Source: Rhizophagus irregularis
Lineage: Eukaryota
Direction of reading: 5' to 3'
DNA length: 64,000 nt
Assembly (NCBI RefSeq): GCF_026210795.1
Contig: NC_089430.1
Span: forward strand, 62,001 to 126,000
Made by a program: the position numbers and the translations under genes. Of the stretch, positions 52,911 through 64,000 are shown piece by piece (within the stretch, counting starts at the first letter, position 1; every line of letters starts with the position of its first letter). The notes beneath the pieces are model-generated. The model saw only the letters and a program-made list of their open reading frames with translations, did no database searches and was not told the origin of the DNA.

Positions 52911-53933
52911 TCTCTCTATTCAATTTTTTTAAATTTTTTTTTAATACCGAAAAACATTTTGACAGTTTTTGTTATCAACAGTATAATTTATTCAAAAAAA
53001 TATATTCATATTAACAATTACAGTCAGACCACTGTATATGCGCGTCTATTTTTATTCCGGCGTACGACAGGTACATATTCTGCTCTCGCTGGGTTATGTT
53101 AAACTATCTTTGACATTTATATAACGCGTCAAAAATAATTACGCGTTCAGTTTTAATAGTTTTTACCTTTTTATAATAATTTTTTTTTCATATCAATACC
53201 CAAAAAAAAAGAATAAAGGAAAAGAAGAAGAAAAAAGAAAAAAACCATTGTGAAAAAATGAAAAAGAGAAAACAAAGGAACGAAAAGAAAGAGAGATTAT
53301 CCTGAAATTTTTTCACAAAAGGTACTACTGTACTTGGGGGATCATTCGAGGGTTTTTTTTGGCCGCTGATGAAATGCACCATTTTTAAGACCTCTATATG
53401 GTAGGCCGTATCATGGAGGCAGGGTATGCACATAGCGAAAGCGCCGTGCTTCTATGTAATACTTGGGATCTTGTGGTATCAGAAGGTAGTGGTAATGTAT
53501 CATTGGTCATAGGCAGTTGGGTGCTAATGGCTGACAACCTAAGGGACACTCTAATGAGGTAGGCCCCGCCGGATGAGCTCAACCCACTTATTGCATTTTT
53601 TGATTCTTAAGGTTGAAAATCTTGGTCAAGTGTTCTGAGACCAATTTTTATTTTAAAAAAAAATTTCGTTTGATTTCTATAAATGCAGTACTTTAATTTA
53701 TGCATCTTTTTTAGGATTAACAACCAGCATTTGCAATGACTTTAATAAATCTTAAGAACTATCATTTAATTAGGTTGGTTTGTATCTTCAACTCCTGTAT
53801 TTTCTCATGGACAACTATATGTTGCATGTTCAAGAATAACATCAAGAAAAAATTTAAATAATTAAATTTTTACTTTATTTCAAGTTTAGGTTTTAACCAT
53901 TAACTGCTAATGTAGTTAACAGGTGAATCCTAG
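52911..53933 (+). mobile_element. Non-autonomous Helitron with a Pif1-helicase C-terminal remnant; 5' end tentative
   Basis: About 53720-53860 decodes to degenerate PAFAMT.NKS...VGLYL..PVFSHGQLYVACSR. 3' hairpin TTAACTGC-TAAT-GTAGTTAA, then CTAG|T at 53930-53934. Candidate A|TC start at 52911. Confidence 0.75.
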
Positions 53934-54009
53934 TAGTATTTAATATTTGTGACGAAATCCGATAATGTTGTGCGTAACTACTCCATTATGTTATAACGAT
54001 ATCGTCACG

Positions 54010-54460
54010 TTGGTTTATGTTAACCATCTGGGGAGAGAGAGATGTGTCTAATTTACCAGGTACGATCGTATCTTTAATTTCGCAGAAACTTGCACCATAA
54101 TCCGTGTACTTATTAATTTAACAATTGTCACAAAGTTTCGATACAATATTAGTGTCATAACAGTTAACCATCTGGAGAGAGAGATGTCTAATTTACCAGG
54201 TACTTATCTTTAATTTCGCAGAAACTTGCGTTGTATGTAATACAGACTCTTGTCAATTCAGTATTTGGTATAATATTAGTGTCTTATGTTAACCGTCGGA
54301 GAGAGAAGTAATTTACCAGGTGCGTCGTAATCAGGAAACTTACATCAATTCAACATTTATAATATTATTGTCATACCGATATTGTCGCATTGTTTTATGT
54401 TACTAGAGAGGGATGCGCCTACATAATTTACCAAGTACGATTAAACTTCGCAATACTTAT
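54010..54460. repeat. Degenerate tandem repeat of about 120-140 bp, 4 units
   Basis: GTTAACCATCTGG..GAGAGAGA..TAATTTACCAGGTAC recurs near 54019, 54163, 54288 and 54400. Confidence 0.75.
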
Positions 54461-54731
54461 CAATTCAACAATTGTGAATCAATAATGACGGAACGTGACT
54501 ACTTCAAGCTGTAATAACAATGATATCGATACGTTGTTTTTATTTTTCATTTTGACCATCATAATTGCATATTAATAATATATACGGCATTATCAATTAA
54601 TAAAAATTATTGAATGTACTAGTACCTACGGTTCACAATTTTTTCATGACCCAAAATTCTTGTCAAATATCATCTTGATACTGTGTAAATGTCGTCCTGA
54701 TATCTTAATAATATTTTTAAATGAAATAATA

Positions 54732-55402
54732 TTTTTAAATGATATCGTAACAGTACGGTTTGATAATTATATCGATACATTTTCAACATCATCGCAACAT
54801 CTTCACGATAACATCACGATTTTTAAATGATATCGTAACAGTACGGTTTGATAATTATATCGATACATTTTCAACATCATCGCAACATCTTCACGATAAC
54901 ATCACGATTTTTAAATGATATCGTAACAGTACGGTTTGATAATTATATCGATACATTTTCAACATCATCGCAACATCTTCACGATAACATCACGATTTTT
55001 AAATGATATCGTAACAATACGGTTTGATAATTATATCGATACATTTTCAACATCATCGCAACATCTTCACGATAACATCACGATTTTTAAATGATATCGT
55101 AACAATACGGTTTGATAATCATAACGATACATTTTCAACATCATCGTAACATCTTCACGACGACATCACGATTTTTTTGAAGATATCGTGACGATATAGT
55201 TATGATAGTCTTAACGATACCTTTCCAACATCTTCGCGATATTAAATTACGAAATCAATATGATATCGTTCTGATATCAAAATGTTACCGATTTTAATAT
55301 CGCGAAGATGTTGGAAAGGTATCGTTAAGACTATCATAACTATATCGTCGCGATATCTTCAAAAAAATCGTGATGTCGTCGTGAAGATGTTGAAAATGTA
55401 TC
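54732..55402. repeat. Right subterminal array: 88 bp x about 5.5, followed by an inverted copy
   Basis: GATATCGT at 54741, 54829, 54917, 55005, 55093 and 55182. About 55148-55244 is inverted at about 55295-55390. Confidence 0.92.
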
Positions 55403-57526
55403 ATTAAAATATTGTGGCAAATTTGAAGATTTCAGCAAAGTATTTATTAAATAACTTACTATATTACCAATATTAATTTCTGTTGGATTTATTATTGATA
55501 ATTTAAACTTAATATATTTCCTATATGGTTAATAAGTTTTTTTTTTATGAAATTGAAGAATTTATTTTTTGTTTGACAGACTTAAAATAAATAAATTCAT
55601 AACTAAAATAATTCATTAAATTTTATTAATAATTATTATTAAAATATCAATTAACTTTTTAATTATTTTACTACTATCTTTGGTTAAGATCTTTTTTAAT
55701 ATATTTGAATATAGCTTTCATTCACTCAATAATTTCTTTTGATTATATATTCTTAATTGTCAATCTGAAAAATAGAGATAATTTATATAGATTACTTCTA
55801 TAGCAGCAAGGATTCTTTATTTTTCCTATTTTTATTTAATATAAAAAAAAATAAAATGTTAGTTTTTGTGACGCAATAAAAAGAATTTTAAATGTTAGCC
55901 TTTTGTAATAAAAGGAATTAAATGTTAGCCTTTAGCAATGAAAGGAATTAATAAATGTTAGCCTTTCATAATGAAAGGAAGCTTTTCATAACAAAAGGAG
56001 CCTTTTTTAACGAAAGAGAAATAAGTTAGTTTTTCACAAGAAAAGAAGTAAAATGTTAGCTCTTATTTTGTAATAAAATTAATTTAATTACGAAAATAAT
56101 TAAATAATTTTATTTACCTACTGAAATTCAGTTTAAAAAAAAATAAATAATAAAAAAAATTGCCATGAGAATTTAAAAATTAAGAAAATTTTAACCAATT
56201 AAATCAAACTAGTCATGAAATATTCTGATCAACATTCTTTAATTAACATAAATAAAAAAGGTGAGATTGATTTATGTTATTATATTAACTTTTTTAAAGT
56301 AGTACACTGACATGTTCTTGCTAACAAGGATAACGATCAGACAAAGAATTTGTAAGTTAGATATATGCTTTTTTATTACATACTAACTTTTATAACTAGA
56401 TTATAATTTATAGCAATACCAATAAAATTTTAGAATATTTGAATTTTATTCATTTTTAATTAAACTGATTGTAATACTTGAATATTCTGCTTATAAAAGT
56501 TCTGTTTTCTATACTACGATAACAAACAAATAACACATATATATTATAATATATTTATAAATAAAAAGAATTGTAAAATTACAGTAAATTAAATATAAAG
56601 ATATAATAAAGAATTAATATGTTTTTTATAATACTTATCAGTACCTGATATAGGACTCTGAGCTATATATATAGAGGTAAGATGCAGCTAAAAAAATTAC
56701 TATTAGCTCTATGCATTTTTTCAGGGCCGGAATTATGATAATGCCAGCCAGCATCTAAAAAAGAAAATAAATTTCGGCTGGAATTATCTATAAAAAAAAA
56801 GATCTACATAATTATTTTGGTCAATTCTACACAAACCTTTACCCTATCTTTTTATGTATAGCTTGGAATCTTCCTGATATATATCAAACCTAGTACTTTA
56901 TAACATGTAAACATATTTTAAGTATTAAGATGTGCATGTTATGGGTATCTGATATATTACTAAAGTATAAAAAATACACTAATACTGTATATATATATTA
57001 TCTAATTGATAATATATATAATATATAAGAAAAATAAATATTGCATACATTAGGTATTTGATATATATAAAATAGACTATCAGAATCAGGTATATTAGTA
57101 ACTATTAAAAGGGATATTAGAGGATTTGAATAATACTAATATAACTTATAAGTAAACTTTAAGTACTAAAGTAAAAATACATTTTATGACATAACTTAAT
57201 CAATATTGAAGCTAGGAATTCGATTTACTATCATTAGGAATCCTCTCATCAAGATGAATCTAATGATATAAATTTTATTAAAATCGAATCACTGGTTGTG
57301 TTAAAATAGGGGTATGTAGGATAACAAATTTTGAAAATATCCCTATAATACGCAACTTTTGAAAAATTTTAATATAAACTCTATGCAAACTCAAATGTGA
57401 GTTATATCAGTATTGGTTGTGATCCTGATATCAGGAGTCTGAAATTTATATTTTCAGAAGTGTATGTTTATAGAAAAAAATCAGGTATATGATATATTAC
57501 CAGGTTAAAAAACTATCTGATATGTA

Positions 57527-58816
57527 CAGTCGGGTCCGAAAGTGACGCCCGATTTTGTACGGTGTTACGATACACAAAATTTACATTATTTATACCCCCC
57601 TTTTTTTTATTTTTAAATGTTTTTCTCACAATTTCATAACCTAATAAACGCGTTGCAAAGTTAAAAAAATAATGTCACATAGAACTGAGTTAACTTCTCA
57701 AGATAAAGGAAAAATACTAGCATATATGGAGAATTTTAACCCTGCACAAATAGCAAGAAAAATGGGTTGTGACCCCACCACAATAAGAAGAATTATTGAC
57801 AGATACAAGAAGACAGGGAAAACTGAAAATTTACCTAGATCGGGGCGTCCACCTGCTCTCAATAATAATGAGAAAAATGCACTCATAAACAAAGTTACAC
57901 AAGATCGACGCGAACCTTTACATGAAGTCATTAATACATTAGATTTAAATTGCAGCCTTACAACTGCTAAAAGAGCATTACATAGTGTTGGAATTTATTC
58001 CCATGTTGCTGCAAAAAAACCCTTTATCTCAGAAAAGCATGCATTAGCTCGTATTAGTTGGTGTGAGAAATATAAAGAAAAAACAGCTTATGATTGGGCA
58101 CAAGTTATTTTCTCAGATGAATCAAGTATTGAGATTGGCAAGCAGTCATGACAAATAAGAGTTTGGAGACACACAGGGGAAAGGTTTAACACTGAATGCT
58201 TAACACCTATCTTTAAAAGTGGTCGAAAATCAGTCATGGTTTGGGGATGTTTTGCAGGAGGGATAAAAGGGCCATTAATTTTTTGTGATGAAAATAAAGA
58301 AGGAAATGAAAAAATCAATTCAAATACTTACATTAGAATCCTAAATTCATATCTGTATCCATTTCAGCATACAGTTCATGAGTTAACAGGAAGGGCTGCA
58401 ATTTTTCAACAGGATAATGCACCCATACATACCGCGAAAATAACCAAGGATTGGTTGAAGAAGAATAAAATTGTGGTTATTGATTGGCCGGCAAATTCTC
58501 CCGATCTAAATCCAATAGAAAACATCTGGAAGCAGTTAAAGGACAATATCCAGAGTTGTAAAGTCTTTCCAAGAACTGTGGATGAACTTAAAGTTGCACT
58601 AAGTGAAGAATGGGAAAATTTGGATTGCTCCATTTTTGAAGAGGTTGTTGCTTCAATGCCACAAAGAATAAATGCAGTACTAGAAGCAAGGGGAGGGCCA
58701 ACACATTATTAACCATTTTTAGTAATTATTTTTTATGTGAATTTTAATGAAAATCAATAAAGTTTTGCCATTTTTGGCATTAATTTTAAATCGGGCGTCA
58801 CTTTCGGACGTGACTG
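57527..58816 (+). mobile_element. Tc1/mariner element, full length
   Basis: 29-bp TIR CAGTCRSGTCCGAAAGTGACGCCCGATTT (27/29 match). TA TSD at 57525-57526 and 58817-58818. Confidence 0.96.
57672..58712 (+). pseudogene. Tc1-family DD34E transposase with one in-frame TGA
   Basis: HTH region, GRPP, FSDES and FQQDNAP...SPDLNPIE, with 34 residues between D and E. Stop at 58149-58151; both ORF pieces are in the same frame. Confidence 0.95.
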
Positions 58817-58979
58817 TACTTAATATGTGGAGTATTATAAAATATGAATTTTACATATGTCAGATATCTGATAAATCTCTTTTTGACCAGTATTTAATTT
58901 GTTATATTAGGATAAGATTAAGTTTTATTATAGAGTTATATCATGTTGCATGTATAATTCTAGTAAGTATTTTGATTAA

Positions 58980-59969
58980 AGCTCCTAACAGGTCAGTTTA
59001 GTCTGGATTATAGATGATTCAGATTAGAGCTGAAATCCATAAGAACTGAACTGAAAAACCGGCAGTTCGGTTCAGTTTAATCCGATTTTTATAAAAATGC
59101 GAAAAATCAAATAGCCACCCATATAGTAATCGTACAAAGTCGAGCCATATATCATTGGATTCGTCTCGATGAGACACGTTAAATGGTGGTAAGATCATAT
59201 CTCTAGCATTGATAGATCACAAGTTAACTCACGCTAAATGATTTACAATAATTGGAATTAGTAAGTCATCTATCAGCACCATTCCATGTGTCTCAGTGAG
59301 ATGAATCTAATGAATATAAATTCGTCTGTGTATGACCACTGGATGGCGAATAATGTCAAGTTTCGCATTTTTTTAAAATTTTCGAGTGTTAAAATTAAAA
59401 ATTCCGATATATGAATTTATTTGTCATCTAATGGTCATACAAATATGAATTAAGATTTATTAGATTCATCTCGATAAGACGAGTCAAATGGTGGTGAGAT
59501 CATGTCTCTAGCATCAATAGATCGTAAGTTAATTCACGCTAAATGATTTATAAAAAATTGGCATTAGCAAGCTATCCATCGATGCTAGAGACGTGATCTT
59601 ACACCATTCAATTCGTCTCATCAAGACAAATCTAATGAATCCTAATTCATATTTGTACGACCATTAAACGACGAATAAATTCATTTATTGATAAATCATT
59701 TAGCATGGCTTAACGTGTGATCTATCGATGCTAGAGACATGATCTTACCACCATTTGACGCGTCTCATTGAGATGAATTCAGTGATATATAGCTCAACTT
59801 TATACGATCACTAGATGGATAGCTATCTGATTTTTCGCATTTTTATAAAAAATCGGATTAAACTGAACTGAACCGCCAGTTTTTCAGTTCTAATACCCAA
59901 ACCAAACCAAACTGAATTTTGAGCCGGTTTTGGATTGGTTCCCCGGTTTAGCCTGAACTGTTAGGAGCT
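58980..59969. mobile_element. Kolobok-like non-autonomous element (AG..CT termini, TTAA TSD)
   Basis: AGCTCCTAACAG / CTGTTAGGAGCT termini. TTAA at 58976-58979 and 59970-59973. Long imperfect inverted arms. A truncated relative lies at about 61609-61760. Confidence 0.8.
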
Positions 59970-60001
59970 TTAATTTTGATTTTTGAATAATAAAGAGAAA
60001 T

Positions 60002-61115
60002 CACTGGTCAAAAACTGATATATCAGTAGCAGATATGTATCAGATATATACCTGATATGTGTAGTATTAATGCAGAAAATCAGGTACCCGATATGTGTAA
60101 GATATGTATAAATATATATATCATATATATATCAGGTACTAATATGTATATGATATGTAAATGATATGTAGATGATATATATATTTACACATATCTTACA
60201 CATATCGGGTACCTGATTTTCTGCATTAATATTCTGTGGCAATCCAATTATAACAAGAAGGATTAGATAATTTGACATTTTACATTAGATAATATTTAAT
60301 AGTTATTCAGCACGAAGTGCCAAATAACTGTTATATTAGGTAAATTAAGTTTGATTGGTGATCCGGGCTCTGTAGGAGCCTGAGATCAACTGATTAAATT
60401 TGATTTCCAATATAATAAGCTACCTTTAGATAGCATTAGTTATTCGGTTCAAAGTGCCAAATAAGTGATTTATCTGGTATCCTGTGATTTGATATTGCCT
60501 GATACATAAATTTTTGCCTGATACACGATTTTTTTGCCTGATATGCGAATTTTTGCCTGATACATGATTTATTATAACCATTTTTAATTATAAAAAATCA
60601 TGTGATACCGGATAAAATATATTTATTTTGTAATTGCACTGTATTTATAAATAAACAATATTTTAACAATTAATCTATCTATATATTAAAAAACACTGCA
60701 ATCACGTGGGCGTTATGTTTAGATTAACCATATAAATAAGTCATTTGAATTGTGTAACCCTACTTCTATTCGTCGCCAATATTACACAAGACTAAAAAAG
60801 GAAATTTTATTTCTGGCGAAAAACTGAAATTTTGGGTTATACAGGATTCCATAAAAGGAAATTGTCAGTTATGCCAATTTCCAAAAAAGGAAATTTTGTC
60901 TTCTGTTACTTTTCAGAGAAATTAAAAAAATGTGTTGTTCAAATTTGCAAAAAAGGAAATTCTTTGCAGATCTTTTAATTCTGGCTGGAATTACATATTA
61001 ACTGTTGTTGTAGACAACAGGTGAACACTAGTGAAATTTTAAATATACAATACTACACATATCAGGTACATATCTGATATATATCTGCTACCTGATATAT
61101 CAGTTTTTGACCAGT
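60002..61115. mobile_element. CACTG-ended non-autonomous element containing an internal palindrome (about 60066-60232) and a Helitron
   Basis: Inverted arms of about 65 bp: CACTGGTCAAAAACTGATATATCAG... and ...CTGATATATCAGTTTTTGACCAGT. Terminal G and TSD missing on the right. Confidence 0.65.
60674..61031 (+). mobile_element. Mini-Helitron (358 bp)
   Basis: A|TCTATCTATATATTAAAA start. 3' hairpin CTGTTGT-TGTAG-ACAACAG, then CTAG|T. The 3' end is homologous to the one at 53900-53933. Confidence 0.8.
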
Positions 61116-61807
61116 TCTGAAAGGTTAAAAAGTAGTGTGTTTTGGTTCCTACGCCTTTAAAGTTTAACTGGCCAAGTAGTTCGCAGGTCAGACCATTATT
61201 TCTTGAAAGAAGCTCCTGATTAACGTATTTCTTGCTAGTTGATGTTGTTAACTAGAGAGTTAGTTTTCTAAAGTAAGAAGACGGAGTTGAGGTATATGTT
61301 TAGTGTTTTTTACTCAGGTTTTTCTCATTGCACTTAGAGTTTTCCTAAGGTTTATGTTTTTATTTTTTGCTTTTTGTTTTTCTTGGTCACTTTTTTCAGT
61401 ATAACCTAGAGGTTAGATAAATATACGGAGGGTCAACTCAAATATTATACAGACTGATCAGTGACTGACAGATCTGTCACTATATATAAATTACTATGAT
61501 AAATAGTAAAATGTAACATTACTCCAAGTTTAGAGTAAAAGATCGGCTGATAATCAAATTAATCATGAAAAAAAATTATTATGCGGTAATAATGAAACAC
61601 GAAACTAAAGCTCCGAACGGTTTGGGCTAAACTGGAAAACCAATCTGAAACTAGCTCAAAATTCGGTTCGGTTCAGTTTGGGTATTAGAATTGAAAACCA
61701 GCGGTTCGGTTCAGTTTAATCCGATTTTTATAAAAATGCGAAAAACCGAATAGCCGGTTTTTATATTTAATTCTATTTATTTTTTTAATAATAATTTTTG
61801 TTTTAAG

Positions 61808-64000
61808 GTTTTGAAAACGTAACTCATATTCGAGGTACTCAGCTTATTGGCAATGATAAAGATCATACTCCTTTTGCTTTAATGGAAAAAAAAGGCCAAC
61901 CTGATAAAATATATCGTAGAATAGATTGCACACTTGTAGTGACAAAAAAAAATATATGTGAAAATTGCACAAAATTGCAAAATACTATGTATATAATTCA
62001 GAAAAGAATTTTAGCTGGAACAATTTCTGCAAAAGTAATACATGCATCAAAAGAAATTCTTATAGAAAAAGTTGATAAATAACGAAAAATTATCAGAGGA
62101 CAAAATGAAATAATTGTTGGTCTAAAAGAGCGTCTAGAAGAAAAAATTAAAAAAGAAGAAGTAGAAGTATCAGATAATATTGCAAATATTACACATATTG
62201 TTACTAAAGATGTTATTAATAAAAATATAAATTTTTCTACTCTTCATCCTATTTTTCAAGAACTCATTCGCATTCAAACTGGAAAACCAAAAGATATCAT
62301 CTAATGTAAGATTAATTAATTGATAAATATTATATTAAATATAAAAAAAAATTTTATATATTTTTTAAATTTAGGTTTTTACATTGGGTTATATCTGTAT
62401 ATAGTAAATCTGGTCATGCAACTTATGATGCAATGAAAGTAATTATGCGTTTACCATCAATTTCTACCCTCAAAAGCTATATTAATGAATGTGAGCAAAA
62501 ATCAGGTTGGCAAAATAAAATTACTTATCAGATGTTAACTAGCTTAACAATAAACAAAATTTGGGAATATGGATGAGTGGGATTTTTTTTACATGATTCT
62601 TTTAAGATTCAAAAAGGTAAATTATAATCATTGTTAAATTTATAAGTAAATTTTAATTAATTTTACTATATAAATTTATATTCTTTAGGTCTTTTTTGGA
62701 ATCAACATAAAAATTGTTATGTTGGTTATTTGGATTTTGAAAATGAAATGCAAGATTATCAAGCATTTGCTATACAATGTCAGCAAGAAATAGAATCAAC
62801 ATCAACAGAAAACAAATCTTTATTTGATGAACAAAAATATGGACTTGCAACTCAAGTTCATCAAATTGTTTGGCATTCAGTAACATATAACTTTGCATTT
62901 CCTATATCATATTATGGTATTAATAATATAACAGCACATTGCTTAAACACATTAATTTTTAGTCTTGCAGCAAAACTGAAATGCGTAGGAATACATACAA
63001 TTGGTTCAGTTTGTGATGGAGCAGGAGAAAATAGAACTCATATTAAGAGTTTTGATTAGTATGCATCAAAATGGTCTTTTGGAGATTTAGTAGAAGTCAA
63101 TTTTAATAAAGATAAAAGATCTTTTTATGCAGCAAAAATTATAGATAATAATTTTAAAAGAACAAAGTTTACTGTATGTCAACTTGATTGTAATGATCCT
63201 AATAAAAAAATTGAAGTTAAACGAAACTTTATTCGTCCACCAATGCCTTTAAAATTAAAATGGAATGTTAATGAACGATGTGAATTTAAAAATTCAAGAG
63301 ATAACCAATGGTATTTAGGAAAAATCACTAAATTTGATCCAGTTGAATCAACATTATCTGTGAAAATTAAAAATACTAAAGAAGGTTGGAAAGTTTTTAG
63401 TTATCATATTGGTAAATTTCTTCGTCCTATTTATAATAGTCAAGAACTTTTAGTAAATCATAAAACAATTAATCCTATTACTGGTGAAAATTGGTTTTTT
63501 ATTAGTGATCCAACCCATGTTTTTAAAAAACTTAGAAACAATTTATCAAAAAGTCATACAGGTGAAAAAAATGCTAGAGAAATAATGTTTAAAAAAAGGA
63601 AATTAGTTGGAAATATATAAAAGGTGTATATGAATATACAAATCAACATACAACAGCAAAAGCTACAAAATTAACTAAATGACATATATGGTTAACCTTA
63701 TGGAGTAAAATGCATGTTGATTTTGCTGAACATACATTATCAAAAGAAGTTGAAGATGCATTAGCATCTATTAAAAAACTTAAGGAAATATCAAAGGAAA
63801 CAAGAGTAAGTAATTATTAAATTATTTTAATTATTTTATAAACTTATTTATTTAAATAAAATTAAAAAATTAATAATCATTTATTTTAAAGGATTATATT
63901 AAATATTCACGAAAGTATTATCAAATAATGCATAGTAAAATTAGTATCCAATCTTTGACAGATTCACATATTAATACTTTAATGGAAATTCGTAATTGGT
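61808..64000 (+). pseudogene. P-element/THAP9-like transposase pseudogene with a tandem Tudor/Agenet-like insertion; partial
   Basis: RLPSISTL, HDSFKIQKGL..YVGYLDF, LATQV..FAFPISYY, SVCDGAGENR, FFISDPTHVFKKLRNN and SKMHVDFAEHTLS match the P-transposase core in order. Introns, stops and frameshifts present. Confidence 0.8.

Larger units (their letters stand above)
31521..55440 (+). mobile_element. Putative giant (about 23.9 kb) cargo-carrying CMC/EnSpm-like transposon
   Basis: Imperfect TIR: CTTTACAGAAACCTTGAAAATTTG versus reverse complement CTTTGCTGAAATCTTC-AAATTTG (19/24). Both ends are flanked by TA and abut tandem arrays that share ATATCGTGACGATAT. The TIR resembles that of the 4808 element. 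Confidence 0.6.

Noticed and set aside
53360..53400. Hammerhead ribozyme core (CTGATGA)
   Set aside because: No correctly placed GAAA after stem II, and stems I and III could not be formed.
31521..55440. Starship element
   Set aside because: No tyrosine-recombinase captain gene at either end; the mobility gene is a CMC-like transposase and the ends are TIRs.

Overview
AT-rich eukaryotic DNA with short spliceosomal introns, made almost entirely of nested transposable elements. The composition and TE repertoire suggest an arbuscular mycorrhizal fungus (Glomeromycotina); this is inference. No conserved housekeeping gene, rRNA or CRISPR array was seen. Retroelements: two RNase H-bearing LINEs, one with an open ORF and one decayed with a 16-bp TSD and a solo LTR inside it. 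DNA elements: a 12.1-kb CACTA/EnSpm(CMC)-like element (4808-16929) encoding a transposase and a divergent companion gene, with a hAT element and two MITEs nested in it; a cluster of CACAGGTC-ended elements with 3-bp TSDs; a Tc1 DD34E element; a Kolobok-like TTAA MITE; two Helitron derivatives; and a P-element-like transposase pseudogene. Top candidate for a new system: an approximately 24-kb element (31521-55440) of the same CMC-like family, bounded by imperfect TIRs, TA flanks and subterminal repeat arrays. It carries a transposase with BAH-like domains, five copies or fragments of an uncharacterised companion-protein family (E-[LM]-[KR]-x-LFLR motif) and an RRM plus alpha-crystallin-like cargo gene. 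A second highlight is a tandem Tudor/Agenet-like insertion inside the P-element transposase core. All domain calls come from motif recognition by eye and need HMM or structure searches.
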